DNA from: Lingula anatina
Lineage: Eukaryota > Animalia > Brachiopoda
NCBI GenBank assembly: GCA_051362555.1
Contig: CM120645.1
Span: forward strand, 5,270,001-5,334,000
Length of the DNA: 64,000 nt
Direction of reading: 5' to 3'
In this document: positions 37,389-48,375 of the stretch, in pieces
How the letters are laid out: each line of letters starts with the position of its first letter
Numbering within the stretch: the stretch's first letter is position 1
Position numbers and translations under genes: made by a program
Notes under the pieces: model-generated
Told to the model about the DNA's origin: nothing
Database searches by the model: none
The model's input: only the letters and a program-made list of their open reading frames with translations

Positions 37389-37525
37389 TTTATTTTCTAA
37401 GTCAATATACCAAAAAATTCAGTTCAAATGAAGTAGAAAACCTGCATCAAAGGTTCTTGTCCTTGGTCCCATTTCTATGTTTGTTTTTCAGTACTGCTAC
37501 TAGTGCAAGGCTCGGAATATATAAC
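37389..37525 (-). other. Non-coding terminal exon and poly(A) signal of the Ala-rich protein gene
   Basis: Minus-strand acceptor TTCTTTTTGTTTCAG at 37526 pairs with donor CAG|GTAGG at 38441, 14 nt after the stop. AATAAA on the minus strand at 37394-37389. Confidence 0.6.
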
Positions 37526-37784
37526 CTGAAACAAAAAGAATGCTAATAGGTAATAATTGATTTAGGCCCGACACATAAATGTCCAAATAAAGATCAAATT
37601 AATAGCTCAAAATTGCGAAGACTCTCTTGTTTATCAGTGAACTTAGTTCCTAATTTGAAGGAATGTACATGTATATCTTTAAAGTTTCGTCCATTGCATA
37701 TACGTATAAGATTGCCCCACTCCCGGACTGATTTGATATGTGAAAAAGGCCCAAAGTTGCTTCCCACATGGAGCGGTATACTTA

Positions 37785-38037
37785 GGGTTCATTCCCATCG
37801 TTCTAGGTAGATCGATCCAACTCCACATGGACCGTCGCTGAATGCAATCAGATTAACAGATGAACACGCCTCCAGTAGTTTTCAACGCACTTGCATAATC
37901 ACCAACTTTTCTGTATTCCACTCAACGCCAGATGAACGGGTTAATCTGTTAATCTGTTTATCTGATCGCGTTCAGCGAGAGTCCCGGCATAGTTGGATCG
38001 ATCTACGTGGAACGATAGTTTGATTGGGAATAAGTCC
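37785..38037. mobile_element. Harbinger/Tourist-like palindromic MITE with TTA TSD
   Basis: TTA|GGGTTCATTCCCATCGTTCTAGGTAGATCGATCCAACT ... AGTTGGATCGATCTACGTGGAACGATAGTTTGATTGGGAATAAGTCC|TTA; internal inverted CAGATTAACAGAT/ATCTGTTAATCTG. Confidence 0.8.
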
Positions 38038-38455
38038 TTAGTGATACAGTTTGTACCGGTTAACTTAGAGGGACGGCTATTTATTAAAATCCTCATAACG
38101 TGAGAAAGACACCTAATCGGAGCCTCCGCGATCGACACTGCCAAGTAAAGAACTTGACTAAACAGCAGAAATCGAATATGTGAAGAACGTGTGTAAGGGA
38201 GTAAATCTTCCCGTGGTACAATTTACATGTTTGGCCTTTTTCAAATTGTACCGATGCAAATTGTGGCTCCAAAATATACCGCTTAATTTGAAAAGTACCT
38301 GAGTGAATTAAGGTATTAAATTGTTTGAGATGCACCAGCAAGGTGTGCTCAAAAAGTATATTTTGAAAGAAGTATCTAAATGGTGAGGTAATCTGTATAT
38401 ATGATCCACTTAATATGGCTTACTCGTATCTTAAATCCTACCTGGATTTGTTACT

Positions 38456-39329
38456 TTAATACTTCTTGCCGTAGTAGTAAGGTGCGTAGAGTGGAGCCTT
38501 GTAAACGGGATGGACGACAGCGGCAGCTGCAGCAGCAGCAGCAGCACGGGCAGCTGCGGCGGCATCGGCCTTAGCGGCAGCTTGGGCAGCGGCAGCACGT
38601 TGAGCGGCGGCAGCACGGGCGGCAGCAGCAGCCTGAGCAGCAGCGGCAGCACGAGCGGCAGCGGCAGCACGAGCGGCAGCGGCAGCACGGGCGGCAGCGG
38701 CGGCATCAGCAGCACGTTGAGCAGCGGCGGCACGGGCGGCAGCGGCGGCTCTGAAATTAACAAAACCTTATTACTAGTGACGTTATACAAACTGCATGCA
38801 ATGCTCACTACCTTCCTGGTAAATATTGCCAAATTTGTGTCTTTTGAGAGTTTGTGAATTTCTTAGATAATTACTGTTGGCTATAAGTGTTAAATCACAC
38901 ACTTGAGAAACCAATTCACCTCCTAAAACGATCTAAAGAGAGAAAGACGCATCCTTTAAGGAGTAGGCCTATTTTCCTCTTATTTTACACAAAGGTCTCC
39001 CCATATGTTACTTTTTTGACAAACACTTTAGAAACAAAATACAAAAAAATCTGTGATAACCTGTGATAATATTCGACTGATTAAAGTTAACTTATCTGTA
39101 TATTACCAAATTTGGTCTTGATCACATCCATCCAATCAAACGAATCAATACTGATGCCTTGGTTGGAGAGTCTTAATCAGACTTCTATTATTACAACAAC
39201 CATGATGAATTAGAACCGAAGACCAAAAAAAAGGTTAAAAATACCCACTTACCCGTAATAGCCGTATGGGGCTTTTACGAAGGCATGTGCAGCCACAAGG
39301 CAAAGAGCGAGAACGACTAATTTCATCAT
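38456..39329 (-). CDS. Small secreted alanine-rich repetitive protein (123 aa), unknown family
   Basis: Exon 39329-39253 MMKLVVLALCLVAAHA-FVKAPYGYYG (signal peptide; GG|gtaagt donor) splices to exon 38750-38456 (tttcag acceptor): AAAAARAAAAQRAADAAAAARAAAAARAAAAARAAAAAQAAAAARAAAAQRAAAAQAAAKADAAAAARAAAAAAAAAVVHPVYKAPLYAPYYYGKKY-stop. 372 nt in frame, TATA box upstream. Confidence 0.88.
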
Positions 39330-39396
39330 CTTGAAGGTTGGACTTGTCTGCCGGTGTCTCAAACTGTGAGTGAAGTTAAGGAAGCTTTCTGGAGAC

Positions 39397-39403
39397 TTTT
39401 ATA
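39397..39403 (-). promoter_or_regulatory. TATA box of the Ala-rich protein gene
   Basis: Minus strand CCTATAAAAG, about 30 nt upstream of an initiator-like TCACTCACAGT and about 70 nt upstream of the ATG. Confidence 0.75.
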
Positions 39404-41422
39404 GGCACTGCACTTCATTCGGGTACGTGCTTTACCTCCATTTCAATTTGACTTATTACACAGTGTGCACGATGGCTTGATGCAGACGACACGTACATTA
39501 CAAAGATGAAAAACGGGTTTTCCCCTATAAACCCGTTTGATTTCACAATAATGGGTTTTAGAAATTAAAAAAAAAAACATCTTTTGAAAATATTCTGAAG
39601 GGGGGGGGGGGGAGTTAAACTGAACAATAGCAGTTGGACTTCATCCAGCGCGCGCGCGCGTGTGTGTGTGTGTGTGTGTGACTGCAACTCCTCCAACAGA
39701 TCGAGTCAACGTCAGTGTTTTCCATTCCCATTTCACTCAATATATTTTAGAGCAAACAAATAATAGAGTCAATAATATCTTCCATGGATGGCAATAATAT
39801 CTATCGTTTTTACTAATTGGAAGCAGAAAAATAAATAAATGATTAAAAAGTAAGGAAAAGCACCTGCACCTGGGACGGCTAGTTATCAAAATAGAATGGA
39901 CAGATAACGATTGCTATTAAAGTTATAAGTAAAAATATTCTACAATGTAACTTACTGGTAAAATACATGTGCACTTCCCATTTACTTTTTTTACTATTTC
40001 CAAAGTGCTTTTTAAACGTGATTACTCCCGAAAATAATTTATTTGTATTTTCAGTAACATGTTGACAAAGGCACGAGATTGCCTTTTCTCATGATAGTGA
40101 AAGTTATGAAAATAAACAAAATAAAAAAAGGGGGCGTTGCCATCACGCATGGAAACGGTGCATCTATTTCCAGTTCCGCATTAATTTGTCCGCGTCGCAG
40201 GTGTTTTTCTGCACGAAATGCGATTCATCCCAGGTCCCTTGGGTATGTTTCAGAAAAAAGTTCTAAACTGATGCGACATTGTTCTCAAGAGCGTTTTTAG
40301 AGGGATTGGGAAACAAGAAATCAAAAGAGGAAAACTTTAAGTGCATAAGTCTTATTGTATATCAACATGCCCCTGAAAAAGCAATTTAGTCGTCTGGTTT
40401 CAAACTTTAGAGACGGGTGGGTTTGCATCTAACAAGCATTCAGCTGATGTTGCGAATATAATTTTAATTCTTTACCCCTAGCCCCCACCCCCACCCCCTC
40501 GTTGACTTAAAATGTGCTCCCTCTATTGACTGACACATTGACAAGTGTAAAAATGGGAATGCAGCATCAACAATTTCCTTAAAAGTAATACTAATCGTTT
40601 AACAAGAGCCCCATTATCTTCGGCATAACTCAAAAGGCAAAACAATTTGCATTTTCTTCCTTTGTGGTTATCGCGTTTTTTTTTCTCCATTGTAAATGAC
40701 AGAGAACAGGAAAATGCAATTACTTGAGGTTCTGAACACTCTTGATTGTTATGTGTTTCCATAGTGGACTGTGCTTCGTACGCACGGGTACCAAAATAAA
40801 AACAATACCTTAGTGTCACGACACAGCGGTAGCGACTCTGTAATGTTACGAAAGTATTATAATCCTTTGCTTAGTCGTATGGGAACTTCTAAAAGGTCTA
40901 GTGAATAATCGTTTTTAATGATGATGCATTTTAACAAGTTACGAAGTATGAAATTAACCGCTATTTTTACAGAGGAGAGAGAGGGAGGGGGGGTGCTAAA
41001 AAAATTGGGTATCATTCTCTTGTTGTAATTAAAAAAACGTTGAAATTTGACGTTATATCATTAGGTTCATTTATTTGAGTATCTATTGAATATTAACACA
41101 TTTTGCTTGTTTCTAATTGTAAATGGGTTTCGTCCCTCTACCCAAGCGTGAAGTCGTGCATTTACTGAAAAATTCATTCCCAAGCGCATTTCAAACTTTA
41201 CAGAAGATAAAATATTTCGCTCTCGTCGTAAGGCGAAGTCTTTGCCTGCAAGTGCGTATACAAACAATTCTGTCGTCGTATACATACAGTCTTTTCATAT
41301 GCAATATCGATGTGAAACGTGTAGCCTGTTTCAAGAAGAAAATTCCCTTTTGGCAATTTGTTTTCACAATCAAATTGCAAGGGAAATGGGCATGATAATG
41401 AACAATCACACCAAAAATTGCG

Positions 41423-41594
41423 CCGGTATGACAGGAATGGTAGTCCTAAGAATGAAAGTCTTGGATCCCGTATGATTTGTACAGGTTGGGGATAGTTGGA
41501 GTAATTGGGTTATTACATGGGACGAAAATCACCTATACAAAGTAATGGGGAACCGACTACAGTTCCTAGCGGACTTCCATTCCTGTCCCACCGG
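41423..41594. mobile_element. MITE family B, uninterrupted copy
   Basis: TIRs CCGGTATGACAGGAATGGTAGTC / GACTTCCATTCCTGTCCCACCGG; internal sequence homologous to 33722-34126. Confidence 0.85.
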
Positions 41595-43554
41595 GACTTT
41601 GTCGTAGTTTGAGCAATGTTCTTGGCTGGTTCTGAACGTCAATTTTGCACATGCATAGTATAGAGCAGTGTCAATATACACATGGTGAACACGTCCATCT
41701 CGTCTTTAACGTATTTTTTTCTGTTCTCTTCTGATGAAATATGTACGTAGTTCTTATATCCTTCACAGGCTCCTTTAAATTTCATTTTGGCTACTTTTTA
41801 AACTTCCAGGTACAAAGGTTAGCCGCAAAAAGGACAAATACAATTGTTCTAAAAAATAGATAAATCGCATGCTATATAATATTATTAATTGTAATTCAAC
41901 TGTTATTTTATTGTTCGTTTTCTTATCTTGCCCGGTATCATTTTTGTGCCCGAGATAAAGAGTTCATGTTCAGTTCGCTCTAATGCCTCTTTAGATATTG
42001 TGACCTTCGATACCGCTTCGCCCGCCGTACAATATTCAAATATCTTTTTGTTCTGTAATATGGCAAACTACATGTAGCATGCTCTTAAAGATTATGTGCG
42101 GACCGCGAACAATTGGATTAACCTTTCCTTTTCAAATAGTTCGCCATCCTCCCCTTGATATCTATGAAAATGCTATTTCTTTGAACGCCTCCTCATCTTT
42201 AGTGATTTCAAAGCTATTCAATGGGATATAGTCCAGTTGCGCGAGTGAAATTATTATCAGATGCGAAAGATGGCGACATTGCATGTGCAATCTATATTTA
42301 GTTACAGTTCGGCTACACGAACGATTCCTCCTTTTTTACTTATCAATTATTCGGTACTTTTGCAGCATGCACCCATCACTTTATAAAGGCATGTTATGCA
42401 AAAACTTGGGCTAAGGAATTTTTAATTTTTCTCAGATTATTACAGAGTTGTGAGAGTCCCAGGAGGATAAGAAGTTGTTTAGTCGGAGTAAAATACCGTT
42501 TACCCCAGGGAAAATAGCTGAATGTGATTTTTAAGGGAACATCTTACACTGAATCCTTTCGATTTGTGTTTGCTTTACGCAACTGGGAATAAAACTATAA
42601 CTACATTTACCAGAACATCGACTGTGTATCTTTTGCCTGATTGGAAAACATACGTCGCCTGTCACAGACATTGTTTTTCAGACACGCCGAGAGGGGAAGG
42701 ACTGTCTGGGTCAAACAAGTCCAGAGATGTGTCAACTGTGCATGTCGTCTGCGATTTTTCTCTGCGGTCGCTGGCCACGCCTCCGCCATTTTTCTCGCGG
42801 GGTACCATTCATTTCAATCATAGTGGAGCCTCTTCAATTTAAACTTTATAGCAGTATCGAGAATGACTGTAAAATTATTAAAATAGAATCTTTCTTTGTA
42901 ATCAATAATTTTAACGCCAAAAATACCCATCTTACACCTTTCAATCTTGAACAACCAGTATAACAAGCTACATGGGGAGGGGGGGGAATGTAGCTGATAT
43001 GACGTTTATAAAAGTATTTTGAAGTACTTCCCTCGGTCTTAGTCCAACTCTGGTAAGAGACGTGGGCTATATCTCATTTTACATCCGCTGACAACGTTTT
43101 CTGATCCAAAATACATACCTTCCTTTAAGTTTTTCTCTACACCTGCAAATGTCCACCGTTCACGTGTAAGTTTTAACGAGTTTTTATTCAAGGATTATTG
43201 TATGGAGGAAGGTACTCAAGGGTACAGTCATCCTGACTTTCAGTGTTCAGCAAAATGTGTTGTTAAACAGCATTACTTGGCTTAATTAATTATGTAACGT
43301 AACACTATAATATGAGGTGATCGACGCAGAGAGGCGGCTAATGGCGTGACATGCAAGACCAACCAAAACATCTCAGATGATCCGGACTATGTTTAAATTG
43401 ATTATTTGTATTTGGGCATTGAATACATTAAAATATGTTAAGTTTGAAAGGAGTAACATGTCCAAACGTGGTCAAAATCTGATATAATGGATCGAAACCC
43501 GTTAGCGGTTTACTCGCTTAGCTATTCATACTTCAAAGAATTTTGTTTGCGACG

Positions 43555-43570
43555 ATTGTGCCTTGGATTT

Positions 43571-43620
<50 letters not shown>
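43555..43620. repeat. (TA)n microsatellite
   Basis: Uninterrupted AT dinucleotide run. Confidence 0.95.
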
Positions 43621-43622
<2 letters not shown>

Positions 43623-44181
43623 CAGACAAAAATCAAATTTGAATGAGAAGTGTAGAAATATTCCAAATCGTTATCCAAAACAATTAAAATACAATTTGCC
43701 TATTTCAAGTACTTGTGTACTTTAGTTCAAGGAGTGATATTCAAACTATATGCATGTAGAATTCTATGGTCGTAATCATTTAATGTGTTTTTTATATTAG
43801 ATATTTAAAGTAATGACAATTTCAAATGATGTATAAAGCCGCTTGCTTTTGTGAAAGAAAAAAATCCACGAACAAGCGTCAAAGTACAAGTTTAACATAA
43901 ATACATTAATCTCCTCTTACAATTTGTCTTCTGACCTAATTCTTTTACACCTGTACTAATAAGATTAATACGGTGGCATTACTTGGTCTACTGCATATGC
44001 GTGCAAAGAATTTATAAACATAGAAGAAAAATAACTGGTCAAAAAACTACAACATTAACCACGACATGCATCGGCACAATTAGGCCACTACATTGAATTT
44101 CTGTTTAACTTGTTTATCTTATATATAAAACGTATTAATAAAATACTGATAGCTGATAGATAAACACAATTTCATTTTCAC

Positions 44182-44305
44182 CAGGCCCGTAGCCGGGGGG
44201 GAAAGGTCCACTCTGGGTGAAATTTAAGGTACATGAAAGTTTCATGGTAAAAGGTCCACTTTTTCAAATAAATTTTTTTTTTTGAAATTTCTGGCTACGG
44301 GCCTG
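44182..44305. mobile_element. 124-bp MITE with perfect 13-bp TIRs and 5-bp TSD
   Basis: TTCAC|CAGGCCCGTAGCC ... GGCTACGGGCCTG|TTCAC; internal direct repeat AAAGGTCCACT occurs twice. Confidence 0.85.
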
Positions 44306-44790
44306 TTCACGTTCCACAGTTCTTTCGTCGAATATGTATTTTTTAAATAGATATTAATAATTGTCAAAATGGCTTCTAATAGAGCTTACACATTAAGTTA
44401 TTCATCTTAAAAAGCCGCGATCAGTCCTGGAATCATACGTGTTAGATACTACTGTGAGGCAAACTACCATAACTTGATCTTTTCAATGGGGAAATCAATC
44501 TTTCAGATACTTTTTTTATATCATAAAAATATTTTTGTAACATTTATTTTTGCAAAACTGTGTAGGCTATTCATAATGATAAATCAATTGTAACTATACA
44601 CTTAGTGTATTGAAATACGGACCAGCACAGAATATAGAGAACCTGCAGATTTTTTGTAGAGCAGGTCCTCTTTACCTTCAGTATCTTCAAAAATTCCCCC
44701 ATGTCTGAAAAAGTTGGGTAGTTTTCTTAGGCAGAGGTGCCAGCTTGAAGAGACACAGGGATCACAATATAAAACCGCTACCAGTGTCTG

Positions 44791-44824
<34 letters not shown>

Positions 44825-46481
44825 CGGTCTCTTGCATTCTATGTTGAACCCTTTCCCCCAAGTAAAATACAGATAACAGGCCTTTTCATATAATAATGCA
44901 CATTAGTTTAAAACAAATCCCAACTAGAGCTCAATACATTTATACCATTTATTTAATTCAGCAAATCTTCTGATAATCAATAATGCTGATAATGTTATAG
45001 CCCAAATAATCTAACAATCCAAATCTCACTGCTTATTGGCACTACAATGATGAATCTTTGTTGCATTTTGATTATACAATGCTATCTGAAATGCTGATAA
45101 CAGTGCTTTGCAATAACAAAATTTAATGCTCTTATGTTGAACGTAGCAGTTCTTACAATGCTGTACGGTACTGTGTGTTGTACAATATATTACCTTTTTC
45201 TTCTGTCAATAATACAATAACTGATTATTCTACCTTTAAAAATCAAGTTTTAAAATCCGTACATTGTTAAAAGGCATTTTTTCATATGCTATACAGTAAG
45301 TACAACTTCATATTTCAGTGTAAAATGAACAAATCAACTACCAACCAAAAAAGAAAACTGTCAGAAATACTGTAATATGCTTGGACAGTACCTTTTATAC
45401 GGCAATACAAAATAATCTATCATAATTCATCATAAAAAAAAATGGAGCCAGGTTTAGCCACAGCAATGAGCTACTCTCAAGTAATACTTTCATGTGGTAA
45501 AGCTTTCATGATTCAGCTAATACTTATAAATACAAGAAGAATGATGCCCTGGCCCTGGGTTTAAATAATACTGTGTATCTCAAGTGAATCAAATAGTTCT
45601 TTTTCCTCATAAAATCTGGCAATCAATACAAGCATTGGTCACATATTAAGTAACAATAGAGCAGTGAAAGAAAATGTCACCACCTTTCTGTAAAGTTTTT
45701 CTGGTAATAATAACCATCATTAACACCCTTAAACACTGCCAACCTTTATGTAAGATTTAACAGACAATATACTGTATCACCTCATTTTTATTGTCAACAA
45801 TATAACATATGTACTATGATCATAGTTTTTATAATCAAAATATGTAATTTGACAGTACAAATGCCTTTGGCAGTAAATGGTTATGATATATTATTATATA
45901 TAGAAGTTGGAATGAGATCTAAAGTGACAAATTATTAGACTTAGTGTTGATTTTTCTACAAATTAGTAGCATTTATATATAAACTTATTCTGTTGTCTTT
46001 TTAAAAAGTCGCTTTGGTATCTAAGAAAAAGGTTGTGCTTAGTAAAACATGCTGAATGGAAATGAAAAACAGAAAAGGCTTTTAACAGTTAATCTTACAA
46101 ACAAAGCTAAGTAAAGCAATACAAATATTCATTTATTAGGATATGAAGCTAAAAGGATTCATAAAATACTAGACAAAAACTAAGAAACAGTTATTTTCTA
46201 CCTATTACCAAAGCAACCATTCCCAAAAATTAAAAAATGCACCTAACTCATGTCTCTACAGCAGCACCTTCATCATAACTTCTTCAGATTGAAAATAATT
46301 TTTTCTTCATCAAAGTAATCAAGTTCACTTAAACTAAATTTTGAAATAAAATTTTAGAAGCAGGGATACTTAAATTAAAACAATCATATCTTTGTAGCAT
46401 GAAAAAACATTTCCCTATTATTTATTTCATTTTAAATAATCCAACTTCAGTAAAACTGACTGGTTGCTTTAATACTTTCCA

Positions 46482-46565
46482 CTACTTCCACCAGGCCCTC
46501 TTGTTGTTACATGGAGACTTCATGAACTTATCTGACTTCATATACTGCTGAATAGCAGGCAGGGC
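46482..46565 (-). CDS. Alternative (distal) terminal coding exon 8b of the mu-class GST; gives a 216-aa isoform
   Basis: Acceptor TCTCTTTTTATAG|GCC, phase 0; encodes ALPAIQQYMKSDKFMKSPCNNKRAWWK-stop. AATAAA on the minus strand at 46426-46421. Confidence 0.85.
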   Translation of the reverse strand, partial: ALPAIQQYMKSDKFMKSPCNNKRAWWK

Positions 46566-46934
46566 CTATAAAAAGAGACACCCAAAAAATAAGTTTGTCT
46601 AAATGACACATAGAGATACAAACCCCCGGTATGGAGATCTGTGTTGTCAGTGTCTGTTCCCCTAACAATAAGGACTGGTGGAATAAAGATACATATTACA
46701 CAAAATCTATTCCATCAACTATTCCATCAACTTGCTTCTAGCGGCACAGTTTGTATCTTTCCTGTGTGTGTTTGTGTGTGTGCGCAATATTCATGGGAAT
46801 GAGCCCTATCAATATAACCCAACTGATTTCTAGAAGAACAAATACTAACAATTTTTACTGAAATACTAACATTTTAAAAGAATGATTTTAACAATTACAT
46901 TTAAATTTGAGAAATATTCAAGTAATGTAGAGTC

Positions 46935-48334
46935 TCATGCAGAGGCAGTGCCGCCCCATCCAGCCATCTTATTGTTGACTGGCAACTTCTTGAACTCCTC
47001 AGAGGAGATGTACTTGGCTACTGGTTCCAGGGCCTAGAAATTGCACATGGCACAAATAAAAATTAAACATTATGACAAACAAACAAACAAACAAACAAAC
47101 AAACAAACACACCTGCACACAAATGAAAAAGGAAGCAAACAAACAGGATTGATTTTCCAAAGCTAAATTACGCATACATTCAGATTGCTGAACTGATAAA
47201 TTAATTTTCCCATAATCACAAGCTTTCTCCCACCTCTTCCCTCCAGCATATGATTACAAGTTTAATACCCATGTTAATTAAATCTGTTGGGTGAAGATGT
47301 GGGTTCTTTTTTGCCAAAAAGAGTACCATTTTACAACAAAACCCACTATACCTCAGCACTGGCATTAGAACCAGCTCAAATTTCAATTTAGAACAGAACT
47401 TTTCATGACAAAAATAGTTTTTTCTTTTGGACCTCTCCACCTTCCCCCCCCCCCCCCCCCCTCACACCACCACCACCACCAGCCCATCCTACCAGGGGGA
47501 CTGAATAAATACTTGACATCCATGACACATGCATCTGATATAAAGAAGTATATAAAATATTGACACTCTCACCTCGAACCTCTTCATGAATGCGGTCAGT
47601 TTTGGATAGGCATCCAGACAACCTGGTGCGAAGAGCCTGTGCTGGTCCAACAACTCATACATGGGGAAGTCTGCAAATGTGAGCTGAAATAATAATAATA
47701 TGTTTATTTGAAAACTTGCAATCCAAAGTGTGAAGTTGTACAGATAAATGAACTTGAATAAAAATTATTATAAAAAGTGGTTATAAAATAAAAAAGATAT
47801 TTACATGAAAAATTAATAGTTTAAAATCTGTATGCCTTTGGTTGAAGTATGGACAAAATGTGCAATTGTAAATATCACAATGTTGCCCCATAAGAAAAAC
47901 ATGATACAAGAAGCAAATACAGCTTAAATGTGGTAAATTCTTTAGAGGAGTGGTAGACAGCAGGTTTTTCATCATAATGTAATTATCATTTGTAGTAGAA
48001 AAGAAGTCCTGAGCATATTATCATGATAGCTTTAAAAGGTGTAACGGATATGCATTTTGCAAATACATAAAGACTAAAATCTCCTTTGCGATTGTTATCT
48101 GTCCTAAATCTTAGTTCTTGTTTTTAGCCATTGGCCAGGCATGATCATGATGGTCATTTCATACCGCAATCTCTTTAGTACCTTACTTGGTATGAGCGGA
48201 GCACCAGTTATACTAAAACTGCCATTCTACTCACATTTGCTCCAGCAAACCACTGGTTGTCTCCAAGAAATTCTTCAAACTGCTTCAGTGTTCCTGGCAA
48301 GGCACTCAAGTAGGCCTCTTTCACAGCTTCATCC

Positions 48335-48375
<41 letters not shown>

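Noticed and set aside
38431-38857. Track ORFs: Pro/Leu-rich (-) and Ser/Gly-rich (+) proteins
   Set aside because: The upstream signal-peptide exon and splice phase select the third, Ala-rich minus frame; the other frames lack a credible start context and signal peptide.
44641-44760. Third GST terminal exon candidate
   Set aside because: Acceptor-like sites exist on the minus strand, but translations lack the AL..Y..S..F..P.NNK pattern.
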